Below, one piece after another: positions 10,921 through 23,064 of a DNA stretch of 64,000 nt; the stretch's first letter is position 1, and each line of letters starts with the position of its first letter. The position numbers were made by a program, and so were the translations under genes. The notes beneath the pieces are model-generated. The model did no database searches. It was not told where the DNA came from and saw only the letters and a program-made list of their open reading frames with translations. The stretch is from Schizosaccharomyces osmophilus (lineage: Eukaryota): assembly GCF_027921745.1 (NCBI RefSeq), contig NC_079238.1:186001-250000 (forward strand), given 5' to 3'.

Positions 10921-13900
10921 CTAAACATTATCATGGTTACCAAGAATTAATTCTCGTTTGACAGTTTCATACTGTTCCTCATCGGCAGATTCGCCATCAC
11001 CAAATACTGAACTTTTGTCATTGCTGCTAGCACTCTTTCCGCGAGACTTTTTACTCTTTTTAGAATGTGGGATATGTCGTTTGATTATCCCAGCCAATTT
11101 TTTGCTTCGCGAACCATGGTATTCCCAGAAACGGTTTTGCGATCCAGATGACCTCGTACTGTCAAGCTTCCGGCTAGCCGCTGAAGCAAGTGACCGATTT
11201 TCTTCCAAATTATCTAAAATTGTAGGTTCTTGAAGACTCGCTAACTGTGCATTCATTGCCAAGCTTTCCAAATTCACGGGATGGTGATGCTCAGCGGATA
11301 ATTGTTGGAGATTCAACAACTCTGCAGACATTTCTCGTTCATGCGCTTTGACGTTGTGACCGCCCTTCACTTTGTCAACGAGTAATTTACCAGAATGTGA
11401 AAGTACCGCACGAATTAGGTCATGCTTGATCCAAACAGCCAAATCAAGATATGAACAAACTTCATTTCGGTACTCTAATGTAGGAACTGATAAAACAAAG
11501 CCGTTAATGTTTTCCAAACCTAAAGAACTCATGCCGCGATAGCTCAATCGTAAAACGACGCTAGGTATTTTGAAGTAAGCTACCAACATATTATTTCCGG
11601 CACGATTCAACATTTCATGTAACTCACTTCTGCCATCCAAATCCAAGTATTTCTCTAATCCTAGCTCCTGCGAAGAATTATTCTTTTCAGCGTTGTCATT
11701 TTCAGATAAATGACCAGGCGTATGTTCTGCCACTTCTTTGTTTGTGGTTTCTGAATGTTCAGCACGATTCGAATACATACCAAATAAATTCCCTTTGTTC
11801 TCATTCCCAGGAAATGCAAAATCAAACAATTTACTTGCTAATTCATGCTCTATTTGCAAGCTTAACGGAAACAAGTTGATTTCAAAGTGCTGAACCACCT
11901 GAATACCTGCAACAGCCTCCATTAATTCCCAATGGACTCGAATGAATTTTTGTTGTAATAACTGTTCGTTGGTAAATTCGGTGTTGAAATATGGGCATAT
12001 AATGTTTTCAAATTGACAACCCGGAGCTAAATTTGAGCCTTTCATAGACTCAATTTCCAAGGTATTTAGATTAGAAGAGTCTGTATTTTCGATGCGTCTG
12101 AATGTGGCGTTCTGTAAACTAACGTCCAAAAACGGTCTTTTGTTATCTTCCAGTAAATGCCACACAACTTCTTTGGCCATTATAAACCAGCTGAGATTGG
12201 ATCTGGTTTTATTCTGGTTTACTCCCCGACTTTGGACGCTTGCGATAGATTCAATCAAATAGAATAACTCCTCCCCACAACGATGTAACTCGTTTTGCAA
12301 AAACAGTTGTTGAGCAATATGAGCATGAACATTGAATGTCACATCATATAATTGATGCTGTAATTTCACTTCTTCCAAGTGATGTACCCTGTTTTGCAAC
12401 ATAGCAACCATCTCGGGAGTACCGGTTAAATCACTGAAGTCAGCAGCTAACATTATTTCTTCTAAACGTTGACTCCTCTGCTTTTGGGATGGTTCTTGAT
12501 AAAGAAGCAGATTAGTTATTATTGTGAACAAGTCGTAATACTGCGACGAGTCTGTCGAAATTACCACTCGCGGAACATCAAAAGTCAAAGTATCTGTGTG
12601 AACATCTAAATCCTCGAAATATTTCCTTCTCGAACGGACAGTTTCCTTAAGTCTTAAATCGTTGTGCTTTGTATACACAGCAGAAAAAGATACCCGATGT
12701 AAAAACCTCGAAAATGCGGCTGGCGTCAGTACAAAGTCGAAAGTAGTTTCTAAAGGGACCCAAGGAGGCCAGACCGAATTATTTTCACAGCCGTATTTAT
12801 TTAAGACTAGCGTTGCTGAATCAGATACTCTAAAATCATTCGCATCAGCGGTAAAAAATTGGGACTCGTTAACATTACATAAAAATCTTCGTTCGACAAG
12901 ATAATTTATATCATTGACAGGAAAGGTAGGATCAACAATACTCAATATCTTAATTTGAAGACTTTGGATTGATATAATCACAGCCTTTTGGGGGTTCATA
13001 TTGCACTGTAATTGAATCTGCGGAGCAATAAATCTAAAGACATAACTTTGAATAATATCGTAATGCTTTTTAGAACCTCCTTGTATTTTGCTGTCGTATG
13101 GGTAACTTTTTCCAGCAAGGTTATCGGTTTTTACAACGAATTTCTTCTTTGCATCTTCCAGTAAGAATTTGAGGAGGTTCCTAGCGTTCTCTTTTTCTTC
13201 GTTATTGTCGGAGCAATTCCCCAGAAAATCTTCACCAGACAACTCCGGCGTTTTCTGAAGATCTTGCAGAAAACGTATTGCTTTTTGGGACATGTAATAA
13301 GCGAATCCCCTTACCCTTTCCATTTCATGAACATACGACAGAACGGCGTTTCTGACAAAATTATTCCACTTAATCTGTACATTATGGGCAACAAATCGAT
13401 TATTGAAAGCATGGACACTTTCAGATAAGGTTGCATATGACAAGTCAACTTGGCCGGATAGATTGTGAGAAGGGTTTGGAAAATTTTTAGTATTCTCTAG
13501 CAAAAAACCTAATAACCGATAGTGATCATTTAAGGTAAGTACTCTCTTCTTCAAGGATTGGAACTCCTCCTTCAAATTCGCAGAGGACTGTGTACGAATG
13601 AGTTCCTCTAAAGTCTGGAGTCTTTCATTCTCCGAGTTCATAAACTCATAAAGTTCCTCCCTCCGTTTTTTGAGAAGCTCATATTGAACGGTTCTAGGAT
13701 TTTTCCGACCAGGCATCATACAACGATGTGTTTTCTCATCTCCAAAACGACAAGTATCAGCAACTATTTTCTTTTCATCTTTTTCATTCTTCATGTGCGG
13801 TTTTGTATGACGATAATAAGTAAATCTTGGAGAAAAAGCGAGAGGATATATAGCACATTTTTCATTTCGTTGAGGTAGTAACCAATCAGCCTCATGAAAG

Positions 13901-16900
13901 TCATCTATATCAACCCAAGCAGACGGACCCTCGACTGTCCTGAAAGAAAATGACTCTTTATCTGGACCGTCAAGAGCATTCACAGGTATAGACTTGGAAG
14001 TTTCTAAGGCACCTTCATCGAAGGAGGCAGTAATAGCGCGTAAATCAATTGTTTTGAAGTCAATCTCTGCAAGATGAACACGCATAGAAGTAGTTTCTTG
14101 AGTTTTTTCAAATGTTTTATTTCTTATCTCATGCTTCTCTGAGCGCTGATGTAAATCAACTGAGAAATGCTCTACCTTTGCTTTTAGTCCTGTTGCACTC
14201 GCTGTCTTATCCTGCCAATTTTTGGTGGTTTTATAATTGTACATATGACTTATAAGTAGCGGCGACAATTCTAAAGAATACTTAAAAGTAGCCAAGTGTC
14301 TGCCAAACCTTTTGGAAGAACCACTATCAAAACTGGGGAAAAGGGGCTTTCTTCTCAAAGGATACGACATATTATTTGAAAACAAATGCCACCATAAGGA
14401 GAAATGTGAAAACACTAATGGCGTCAGATGTATTGTGTTATAAGTTCTAACATCTTCAAATGCCTTCTCAGGATCCAAATATCGTGGAGATTCCACAGCG
14501 AGGGAGCAATGTAAATAATGACTTCGAAATCTGCGGTAGGCATCATATGTGCCATACTTGCTATCATGACAATATTTTGGAATCATTGTCTTTATTTCCC
14601 AATGCGGTTTGAAGTTCCACAAACGACACTTCATTTTACCATCGCATACCTCACAGTCCGGTTCACAGTGCCTTTCAGGCACAAACCCTGCCCGCCAGCG
14701 CACTTTACCAACCAATTTGGCAATTATTTTACGGCATCGCATGTCTTTTAAAGCAATTTGGGGTTTATGGCTATGCTGAGATTGCCTCGGTGGTAATGGC
14801 TGCCCTTCAAGGATTCCATTTATTTGCCGAGGAAAGTCAGGTATTGTAAGATAAAACTCATCACTATCCACAACTATAAAATTTGCTGAATTCTCATCAC
14901 AAGCGATATCCCATTTCACGTTACCACTCCAACAGAACTGGAAACCGGCACCAGGACCAAGAATCATATAAGGATCTCTAGAACCTTTTATGGAAAGAAA
15001 TATGTCTCCATTCTCTTTCCATCGAAAACGCAATTGTGAGTGAGCCACCAATCTCAACTTGTCCCAAAAACCTAAACGATCCGATGGATCGATTGGTATT
15101 TTTGTGAACGAATCTATGATACGTGTGATGTCTGTCATAGCAGGCTGATAGGATGCTGCCCACAACACGAATACTGGAAGTGAGGTGTTAATATCAATTT
15201 GAGTATCAGAAAACGTTTTTATGGGTGAAACCGTACGTGTAACATTCACTGCATACGGTAATCCCGAATAAGACTCTTTTCCAGATATTACGGGTACTGT
15301 AACATCACGAATTGCCTCAAGCGAGGCCTGTTGCTCGGTGATAACAAAATTACTCCTAAAATGCCAAGAAGCCAAATTTTTATTTTGCTTCTGACCTAAT
15401 TTCGGAACATATACCATCGGCAACGGATAGTCCCTAATCCGAAATTTGGCTTTACTCATCTTCCAATCAATAAACATTGGAAAATAGATTGAGTAGCCAT
15501 AATCCAGAGGCTGGCCACTTCCAACATTATTCATAAATTTGGGAAGATCTTCCAGTGGAAACGTGGGCCTGTCCATATAAAAATCGAAACCATTTAAAGC
15601 AATGTCAGCAAGTGGTGGTCGTATCGGTACTGGGATCAGTTTTTCATCGAAGTGTATGCTTCTTTCGAGCGAGTCCTCTTCTGGCCAATCTATCATTCTA
15701 CGCACATGTAAACGGTTATATCTGAACTCTCTTATACGCCTAATATTCGAAATCCAAGACAAAGAATCATATTCTTTCAACATCTGACAGGCTTCTTCTT
15801 CGCTAACATTCGCCTTTTCCAAAAATGAAGTACTATCAGTATCTTCATTGCCTAGAATATCTTGGAAAGTTTTCCCCAAGTCATAAAGTCGTTTTTTCAT
15901 AACTTCTTCGTTAGGACCATCAGTAGTATTGTTGGAACCAAATAACCTGGTGGTATCGTCCGAAGATCCACTTGTACTATCAGAAGATTTGGCGCTACGA
16001 AGCAGCCGCAGTCTTTCTTCAAAAGCATTCCAACGGTCCACTCGCATCTTTTGCTCAGTCAAACCAATTCGGTAAATCATGGATAGCCGTGTTTCGAAAG
16101 GATCATCATCAAGTTCAAATTTAAAGTTGGTTGACTTAACATTTAAACGAGGAACTACACGAGGTTTTTTTTGTTGCTGAGCTAGTTCGTGTTGTTCGTC
16201 AATAGTAATAGGCTTATTTGAAACACGTAATGCTGCCTTTACTGTATTAATGGCGCTTTCAATCACAAGAAAAGGAACAAATTTATGGGGGATACGAAGA
16301 GATATATAATCACAAATAACCAAGTGTAATTTCCTGGGGTTTTCAAATTCTGTAATGCAATAACGAAAATCGCCAAGAGCAAACAATTTATCCCATAGTT
16401 CAGGAACATCGGGGTTACGAGTATGTATCTGCATAAATTTAGCAAACAATTCTGGTAAAATCATGTCATCACGTTTTAAGATAGTCAATCTACCAACGTC
16501 AAGTAAAAGATTTATGTTGTCATCCAAATCGAATTTAAGACGAGTGTTGGTTATTCTTAATTCGAAGGTAAAGCCGTTAATGTTTGACTTTTTGCGATCG
16601 ACAGGTCTTCTTTCTTCTGTATTTTCCGTATTATCATCACTGAATATAGAGCGAGTAGCTTGATATGCATATAGTAGACAGCAATTGTGTAACAACGACA
16701 AAAATCCGCGAAGGATTCCAATTTCCATAGTCAACCGGGAGGAGTTCGATTGATCATTGAACAACGTGGAGTACGTAAAGTTCGACTTCGGAACTTTAAG
16801 TAATATATGCTCGAATGTTGTTTTTTCGTCCTTATAAATCATTGACTTAACTTGAAACATTCCTATACCAATATTAAATTGGCGTGTGCCAAGAGGATTG

Positions 16901-18852
16901 CCTGGCTCAAAAGATCCATCAAACTGGTCGATATGACAATTTATACCACGAGGATCATCTGAAATTTCACGACGAATTGCTTTTACAATAAAAAAGACTG
17001 ACTTACCCCGTATTCTAAGGCTTTTTAACCAACCCGGAAACCTGAAAAGAAAAGGAACTGAATTATTAGACCCGTGAGTTGGCTCATCTACATCTTTTTG
17101 AGGCTCTAAAGACTGCGACCTCCAGAGAAATAGGAATTTTTTCAAAGACTTAACCACTTCCTCTTCCTCAATTCGTATTCTAAACTCGTTCAGGAATAAA
17201 TCCAGGTCACCAAAATTATTGTTATAAAAATAGTTAAAGGACAAGGTAATCATCTCAGAACTATTTATTAGCCATTTCCTGTTTTGCGGACTATGATAGA
17301 GAACATGGTTTGAAGCAAGCCGAAGTGAAGAATTTATTGCGAATACGTGCTCCAACGAAAATAAGTACTTAAACTCTAAAAACATTGAAGATAAATTCGC
17401 AACAATCATACCTGGGAAATTAGATCCTGATTCGGAAGATATCAGGAATCGTACCACGGGCTCATACAATGACATGGATACTTTTGTTTCAGGAAAATAT
17501 TGGTAAGGCATTTCTGAACGCTCTGCAGAGGTATCAGTTTTCTTTTTCTGAAACAAAGACATAATATCATGTAATAATTCTAGCCGAATATCAAGAGATG
17601 GAGAGGTAAGCGTACTGTTTATACGCAAACTACTTTTCTGTAACTTTTCCGGCGTATTCGGATCAATTGCAAACTGCCCCAATGAGGATGTCAAGCAAGT
17701 AATGGTAACTAAGGGAATATTCAGCAGATAATGAGGAGGATGACCTGGAGTATAATTTTCGATGCTAAAAGACAATATGGACGCTAATATCTGATGAACA
17801 ATTGTGTCCGCCGAAAAAAACATTCGGTGGGAGGGGCTTTTCACGTTTAGCAAATTGAGCGTAAAGCCCAGGTCACTACCATTAAAAACGTATGTAGCTC
17901 CAAGACCTGTCATGTTCCGTTTCCATAATTTAAAAGTACCAATTTGGATTTGAACTTCTGTTAGCTTCACTATGAACGCTTCGAAACTATCTTTGACTAA
18001 CATAGAAGAACCTTCTTTGGGTGCACTACTTAATGATTGGCCCTCTTTTAAGAAATTGAATAAGGGACTATCCAAATCAATGCAAAAAACTCCAATTTTC
18101 ACAGAGCAACGGAGTTTGTCAAGGCTGATGGTATTAACAGGATCGTTAGTCGAATATTGACTCGTAATGTTGATGTCTAAAAAATCAGTAATTTGAAGAT
18201 TCTTTTTTTCGAGGTCAATGTAAAGCAGATTCAAAATTCTCAGAGAAAAATTAAAACGAGAACCCTTCGCGTCTTTTTTCATATTATTTTCAATTCCCAT
18301 TGTATTCCTGCTAGGCAGTACTTCAGTAGATATATTTCCTACATCCAGAGTACCAACAAAAGGTATATTTACTTGTGACTCTTGCAAAGAAATATGTATC
18401 CATTTTATCCACCTAGCATTCAAGAGTCGAAGCCATTTTTGTTCTAGTTGTCCAAGAATAGAGGAAAGAACTTTAGTAGATTCAAAATCACCACCCGAGG
18501 CCACCGGAGAACTGGATTCATTAGCTATTTTACGATCATTGTTCCCGGGAACTAAAGTATAAGTTACGCCTTTAAGAACCAAACTTAAAAAATGTGGATT
18601 AGAAGAGGACGGACGATGAAATCGAATACCAATATAAGAAATAAATACACTTTGACCATCAGCAAAAGTATGTCTCAACCCGTATATGGAAAAGAATCCA
18701 AAGCTAGTAAAGGGCCATTTAAAATAATATGCCAGGACCCAGAAAAAGACATGAAATAAAAGAACTATTACTGTAAATAGCCATGAAGTTGAAGAACTTC
18801 TAGATGGCAAATACGTTCGTAAAAGATTGACAGTGTTTTGAAAGAAACTCAT
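10921..18852 (-). CDS. fmp27: Fmp27/Hobbit/BLTP2-family bridge-like lipid transfer protein (2643 aa)
   Basis: N-terminal TM anchor; family motifs RLGFWDKLRL (GFWDK), SVWPPWVPLE (WPPW), DSLSWI (SW); Apt1-like C-terminus. Confidence 0.9.
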   Translation of the reverse strand: MSFFQNTVNLLRTYLPSRSSSTSWLFTVIVLLFHVFFWVLAYYFKWPFTSFGFFSIYGLRHTFADGQSVFISYIGIRFHRPSSSNPHFLSLVLKGVTYTLVPGNNDRKIANESSSPVASGGDFESTKVLSSILGQLEQKWLRLLNARWIKWIHISLQESQVNIPFVGTLDVGNISTEVLPSRNTMGIENNMKKDAKGSRFNFSLRILNLLYIDLEKKNLQITDFLDINITSQYSTNDPVNTISLDKLRCSVKIGVFCIDLDSPLFNFLKEGQSLSSAPKEGSSMLVKDSFEAFIVKLTEVQIQIGTFKLWKRNMTGLGATYVFNGSDLGFTLNLLNVKSPSHRMFFSADTIVHQILASILSFSIENYTPGHPPHYLLNIPLVTITCLTSSLGQFAIDPNTPEKLQKSSLRINSTLTSPSLDIRLELLHDIMSLFQKKKTDTSAERSEMPYQYFPETKVSMSLYEPVVRFLISSESGSNFPGMIVANLSSMFLEFKYLFSLEHVFAINSSLRLASNHVLYHSPQNRKWLINSSEMITLSFNYFYNNNFGDLDLFLNEFRIRIEEEEVVKSLKKFLFLWRSQSLEPQKDVDEPTHGSNNSVPFLFRFPGWLKSLRIRGKSVFFIVKAIRREISDDPRGINCHIDQFDGSFEPGNPLGTRQFNIGIGMFQVKSMIYKDEKTTFEHILLKVPKSNFTYSTLFNDQSNSSRLTMEIGILRGFLSLLHNCCLLYAYQATRSIFSDDNTENTEERRPVDRKKSNINGFTFELRITNTRLKFDLDDNINLLLDVGRLTILKRDDMILPELFAKFMQIHTRNPDVPELWDKLFALGDFRYCITEFENPRKLHLVICDYISLRIPHKFVPFLVIESAINTVKAALRVSNKPITIDEQHELAQQQKKPRVVPRLNVKSTNFKFELDDDPFETRLSMIYRIGLTEQKMRVDRWNAFEERLRLLRSAKSSDSTSGSSDDTTRLFGSNNTTDGPNEEVMKKRLYDLGKTFQDILGNEDTDSTSFLEKANVSEEEACQMLKEYDSLSWISNIRRIREFRYNRLHVRRMIDWPEEDSLERSIHFDEKLIPVPIRPPLADIALNGFDFYMDRPTFPLEDLPKFMNNVGSGQPLDYGYSIYFPMFIDWKMSKAKFRIRDYPLPMVYVPKLGQKQNKNLASWHFRSNFVITEQQASLEAIRDVTVPVISGKESYSGLPYAVNVTRTVSPIKTFSDTQIDINTSLPVFVLWAASYQPAMTDITRIIDSFTKIPIDPSDRLGFWDKLRLVAHSQLRFRWKENGDIFLSIKGSRDPYMILGPGAGFQFCWSGNVKWDIACDENSANFIVVDSDEFYLTIPDFPRQINGILEGQPLPPRQSQHSHKPQIALKDMRCRKIIAKLVGKVRWRAGFVPERHCEPDCEVCDGKMKCRLWNFKPHWEIKTMIPKYCHDSKYGTYDAYRRFRSHYLHCSLAVESPRYLDPEKAFEDVRTYNTIHLTPLVFSHFSLWWHLFSNNMSYPLRRKPLFPSFDSGSSKRFGRHLATFKYSLELSPLLISHMYNYKTTKNWQDKTASATGLKAKVEHFSVDLHQRSEKHEIRNKTFEKTQETTSMRVHLAEIDFKTIDLRAITASFDEGALETSKSIPVNALDGPDKESFSFRTVEGPSAWVDIDDFHEADWLLPQRNEKCAIYPLAFSPRFTYYRHTKPHMKNEKDEKKIVADTCRFGDEKTHRCMMPGRKNPRTVQYELLKKRREELYEFMNSENERLQTLEELIRTQSSANLKEEFQSLKKRVLTLNDHYRLLGFLLENTKNFPNPSHNLSGQVDLSYATLSESVHAFNNRFVAHNVQIKWNNFVRNAVLSYVHEMERVRGFAYYMSQKAIRFLQDLQKTPELSGEDFLGNCSDNNEEKENARNLLKFLLEDAKKKFVVKTDNLAGKSYPYDSKIQGGSKKHYDIIQSYVFRFIAPQIQLQCNMNPQKAVIISIQSLQIKILSIVDPTFPVNDINYLVERRFLCNVNESQFFTADANDFRVSDSATLVLNKYGCENNSVWPPWVPLETTFDFVLTPAAFSRFLHRVSFSAVYTKHNDLRLKETVRSRRKYFEDLDVHTDTLTFDVPRVVISTDSSQYYDLFTIITNLLLYQEPSQKQRSQRLEEIMLAADFSDLTGTPEMVAMLQNRVHHLEEVKLQHQLYDVTFNVHAHIAQQLFLQNELHRCGEELFYLIESIASVQSRGVNQNKTRSNLSWFIMAKEVVWHLLEDNKRPFLDVSLQNATFRRIENTDSSNLNTLEIESMKGSNLAPGCQFENIICPYFNTEFTNEQLLQQKFIRVHWELMEAVAGIQVVQHFEINLFPLSLQIEHELASKLFDFAFPGNENKGNLFGMYSNRAEHSETTNKEVAEHTPGHLSENDNAEKNNSSQELGLEKYLDLDGRSELHEMLNRAGNNMLVAYFKIPSVVLRLSYRGMSSLGLENINGFVLSVPTLEYRNEVCSYLDLAVWIKHDLIRAVLSHSGKLLVDKVKGGHNVKAHEREMSAELLNLQQLSAEHHHPVNLESLAMNAQLASLQEPTILDNLEENRSLASAASRKLDSTRSSGSQNRFWEYHGSRSKKLAGIIKRHIPHSKKSKKSRGKSASSNDKSSVFGDGESADEEQYETVKRELILGNHDNV

Positions 18853-19291
18853 AAGTCATAAGAAATAAATAAATAAAACAGCCTTTTCAAAAAAAAAGGG
18901 AAGCGAAAAAGCGTAAAAAGAAGTATGCAACACAAACAAAATATTAATCAAAACAATACTCTTTTACGAGCAAGCTTGTCGTTAAAGAATTTATCCAAGA
19001 GCGGAAGAGAGGAAGTGTGTAGAACACAAACTAAGAAGAGTTAAGTTACAAAATAGTTACTTTTTAATTTTTGGGCCTTAATTTTGAAACTATAATCATG
19101 CACTTTAAAACGACTCAATCTTTACAGCCAGCATGGATTTAAATACCAGTTTTCGTTAGAGAACTTTTTTAAAAAAGAACTAAGGTAATAAATAACAAAA
19201 AGTAAATTTTTTTTTGGAAAAAAGAATCATTAAGGACTTGATTAACTTCGCATGTAGTTGGTAAGAGGAGAGCTGGCGTTGCAGTGAAAAA

Positions 19292-19299
19292 CAGTCACA
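19292..19299 (+). promoter_or_regulatory. Homol D box (CAGTCACA) of the rpl32 promoter
   Basis: Exact CAGTCACA about 60 nt upstream of the rpl32 ATG; the established core promoter element of fission-yeast ribosomal protein genes. Confidence 0.85.
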
Positions 19300-19359
19300 G
19301 TTTCCCAAAACCAACAACATTGCAGGTGGACGAAACTTTCTTTACCACACACCAAAGAA

Positions 19360-19743
19360 ATGGCAGCTGTCAAAGTTATTAAGAAGCACACCAAGCCTTT
19401 CAGACGCCACCAGTCTGACCGCTTCCACCGTGTCGGTGAGTCATGGAGAAAGCCCAGAGGTATTGACAACTGTGTCCGTCGCCGTTTCAAGGGTGTCATT
19501 CGCATGCCCAAGATTGGTTATGGTAACAACAAGAAGACCAGATACTGCATGCCTAACGGTTTGAAGGCTTTCGTCGTCCGCAACGTCGCTGACGTCGAGC
19601 TTTTGTTGATGCATAACAAGACATACGCTGCTGAGATTGCTTCTAATGTTTCTGCTCGTAAGCGCGTCGATATTGTTGAAAAGGCCCGTGCTCTTGGTGT
19701 TAAGGTCACTAATGCTGGTGCCAAGGTTCGCTCTCAGGAGTAA
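19360..19743 (+). CDS. rpl32: 60S ribosomal protein L32 (eL32)
   Basis: [32 protein letters not shown] signature; strong codon bias. Confidence 0.98.
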   Translation: MAAVKVIKKHTKPFRRHQSDRFHRVGESWRKPRGIDNCVRRRFKGVIRMPKIGYGNNKKTRYCMPNGLKAFVVRNVADVELLLMHNKTYAAEIASNVSARKRVDIVEKARALGVKVTNAGAKVRSQE

Positions 19744-20407
19744 ATAGATTCGATCCTAGTGCAGTGAATGAAAAAAGTACTTGGTATTGGATTTTCATAT
19801 GCGTTATTTAGCAGTGTAAAGTTAAAAGCTGCTGTTGAGGAAAGCTGTAAAAATCACTCCTGTATGGCATGAATATGGTTTAAACTTGAAACTCGATAGG
19901 AGCTTTACTTTCAAGCATTGTGTTTTTGCTTTTCAATTTGTGTGAATTATCTCAAACATCTTTACAAAAATGCGTAGACTCATCACCTTTTTACCGACTT
20001 CATCATATTTATAATATATTAACTTATTAAATGACTTATGTGAACATCATACTCGTAAAAAATTTTATTTTTCTGGCATTTCCCATATTGAGGAAATCCA
20101 CTAATAATCAGTTCAACATCAATATTATGAAAGCTTTGATTTTAAATTCTGTGTTACAGAAGACTTTTCAAGGTCAAAATTGAATTGAACTTGTTAAACT
20201 AATCACCAAAAATTGCTAGTGGTTTACGTGTCGGTCGATACCGTCGTCCACTCCACACACAATACCAACCCTTAGCAAAGCTTCTTATATTAGTCGATTC
20301 CTATACTTTTTGTCCATATTAATACTTGCAGGATAACAAACGTTTCATCAGTTTGTTTAATACTGGAAACACCCTTGTTGATTCATTCGGGATCACTGTT
20401 TTTCTTG

Positions 20408-21859
20408 ATGGAGACTTACGATGACTCATGTTTGCCAACAAATCCCACTACAGAAAGTGACTATCACGGAGGCTTTCCATATTGTTCTGTACATGCGCAA
20501 ATCTTCGGCAGTGTGTCAGACTGTATGATAATGCGAAAGAAAGCACCTGCAAATGAACAAGAGGCTTTACGTGATGTGGTTTGGGAGACACGAACTATTA
20601 ATAAAAAGCTTCGTAAGTAATATACCTATGCTTTTGCTTTTGTTAACTGATATATAGATGTTACACCGATTCATGCAAACATTACGTCCGTGCTAATCGT
20701 TTCTAAGCCTGGAGATGAAGAAGTTGAGGAAAAAGTACGAGAACTAATAGACTGGCTGCTGTCTTTGGAAAACGTTGTTATATTTATTCAGAAAAGTATG
20801 GAATCTTTGTTTAAAAAGCACGAGAGAATTCAATACTGGACCACTTTATTATGTACCAAACAGTCACAGCTGTTTGATTTGGTTTTGGCAGTAAGTACAA
20901 CTTGCCTATGATAGATGCAGTGTTAACGATCATGTAGCTGGGAGGAGATGGGACGGTTCTGTACACAAGCCGTCTATTTCAAAGAACTGTTCCTCCAATT
21001 ATGCCTTTTGCCATGGGCACTTTGGGATTTTTAACGTATGTTAAACTTGTTTAGCCTTTTATTCAGAAGGAATCATACGCTAATAAACATGCTAGACATT
21101 TTGATATCAATAACTACAAAACCTCTATTTCAGATATTTGCAAGGAAATGTACATCCATCTGAGAACTCGCTTTGAATGTCGTGTCATGAAGAAACGGGA
21201 TAGGAGCAAGTTGGTTAGTATTGATTATCATTTGTCGCAGTCTTTGTGTGCAACAAACACAGATACACACGACTTTACGAAATCATTGGTAGTTTTAAAT
21301 GAAGTTGTTATTGATCGAGGCCCCAATACTTCAATGAGCGATTTAATGCTATACGTCGATTCCAAGTATTTGACGACTGTAAAAGCTGATGGACTCTGCG
21401 TGTCCACACCGACAGGATCGACTGCATATTCGGTAAGTGGTATCTATAGAAATTGATCATGCTAATAATGAATTAGCTGGCGGCTGGTGGTTCGCTTTGT
21501 CATCCTGATATCTCTGTCATGATTGTTAGCCCAATTTGCGCTCATTCATTGAGTTTACGACCTATCCATGTTCCTGATTCGATGGCTCTTCATGTCGTTG
21601 TTCCTCAAGATGCTTCTCAAAGTAGCTGGTATGTTTGCTCGAAGAAAAGAATACCAAACAAACAAATTAAATTCTTGAAAAATCTAACCAATTTACAAAC
21701 AGGATTTCTTTCGACGGTAGAAATCGGACTGAATTATTACCAGGAGATTATTTAACCGTTCGTATTTCACGATATCCTTTCCCCACTGTGCATTCTTCGG
21801 AAGATGATGCCGATTGGTTTGAAAGTATTAAACGAACTCTAATGTGGAATCAAAACTGA
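20408..21859 (+). CDS. NAD/NADH kinase (Utr1/Yef1-like); 6 exons (20408-20612, 20658-20890, 20938-21035, 21096-21432, 21477-21628, 21703-21859)
   Basis: Spliced product contains [39 protein letters not shown] and ISFDGR. All five introns have GTAAGT/GTATGT donors and YAG acceptors. Confidence 0.92.
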
Positions 21860-21981
21860 TTCGAAGTAAACGAGTAAGATGATTTATATCTATACCTATA
21901 TATGATTTATATGTATTAACCGGTAATGAAATTTTGTACATCCTTTACACATGGCATTCCTCTCTTGTTCTTTCTTCAAAG

Positions 21982-22524
21982 TCATAGTTTTTTTGTAGTC
22001 TTTGTCTCAACTTCACGTATATCACTTTCGCTTGATTCTTCTGGCTTTTGCTCTAAATCAGCTTGAGCAGCTTTACTAAGTTTTTCTCCAAGGAAGTCTG
22101 TCAAGGTAGTCTCATTATCCAACGGACCTTGTATCTGCTGATGGTATATATTCAAAAGATGTTCTAATGAATTTCCTTCTACTTCATCATTGTCTTCCTC
22201 AGCGTTTGATGATGCTTCTTCCAGGTCATGTTGCTTTGCAGACTGCCCTTCCAAAACTCCTAGTGCTAAATCCTACAAATTTTAGCGAACTTCTTTTTTT
22301 TTTACAAACACAGCGTACCATTTCTATGTAGTTCTCGTCATTTGAAAGATCTTGAAGGTCATGTTTGCCGCCCGAATTATGCAACTCTTCATTTGCTTCT
22401 TTCAACTGAGGAAGAAACGATCTACATTGATCAAGAACTATGGATAAATGATGAGTTATTAAAGAAAATAAATTGACGACTTACCAGAAGATCGGGCAGA
22501 ATTTGATTGTTGATTTGGATCCAT
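21982..22524 (-). CDS. NOPCHAP1/C12orf45-like (DUF4598) small acidic protein; 3 exons (22485-22524, 22319-22437, 21982-22272)
   Basis: Spliced translation MDPNQQSNSARSSVLDQCRSFLPQLKEANEEL...ENYIEMDLALGVLE, matching my recollection of the family motifs FLPQLxxANEEL and IEMDLxLGV. Introns GTAAGT..TAG and GTACGC..CTAAA..TAG. Confidence 0.8.
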
Positions 22525-23064
22525 ACGAAAATTTTTTATTTCTGCTCTTTCAGAAAGATTCGATCAAACTTGAAAATCAATGGCAATACGAATTGCCTCT
22601 ATGGTATTCTTTTTCTTTAATAAAAAGCTTGAAATTGACTGTCAATGTCAAAATCTTGGCACGATTTGTAGAATGAGATGTAATACAATGCAGGTATAAT
22701 GATCACTGTTGATAAACTCAGACATAGTGAATATCTAATGCTCGCGGAAAAGTAGTCTTTAATTTAACCACATAATAGACAGATTAATTACGCAAACGGC
22801 CACAGTAAAGAATAAATTGAAGGAAAAATTCACAAATAATACAACCTATGGCGCTTGCAGAACTGTTCATGAAGACTAGATACGCAGTTGAACAGACTTT
22901 CTTCAAATTCAGGACTTACTTCAGCCATTCTACTTGCTGCTGCTTATAATTATGCTAGTTTACAATAGTTATTTAATTACGTTTAGAGTGGAAACGAAAA
23001 CCAAATCTGGTTGATGCCTCAAAAAACCATATATAGTATTGTAGGTAAGGAAATATTAACCTTT

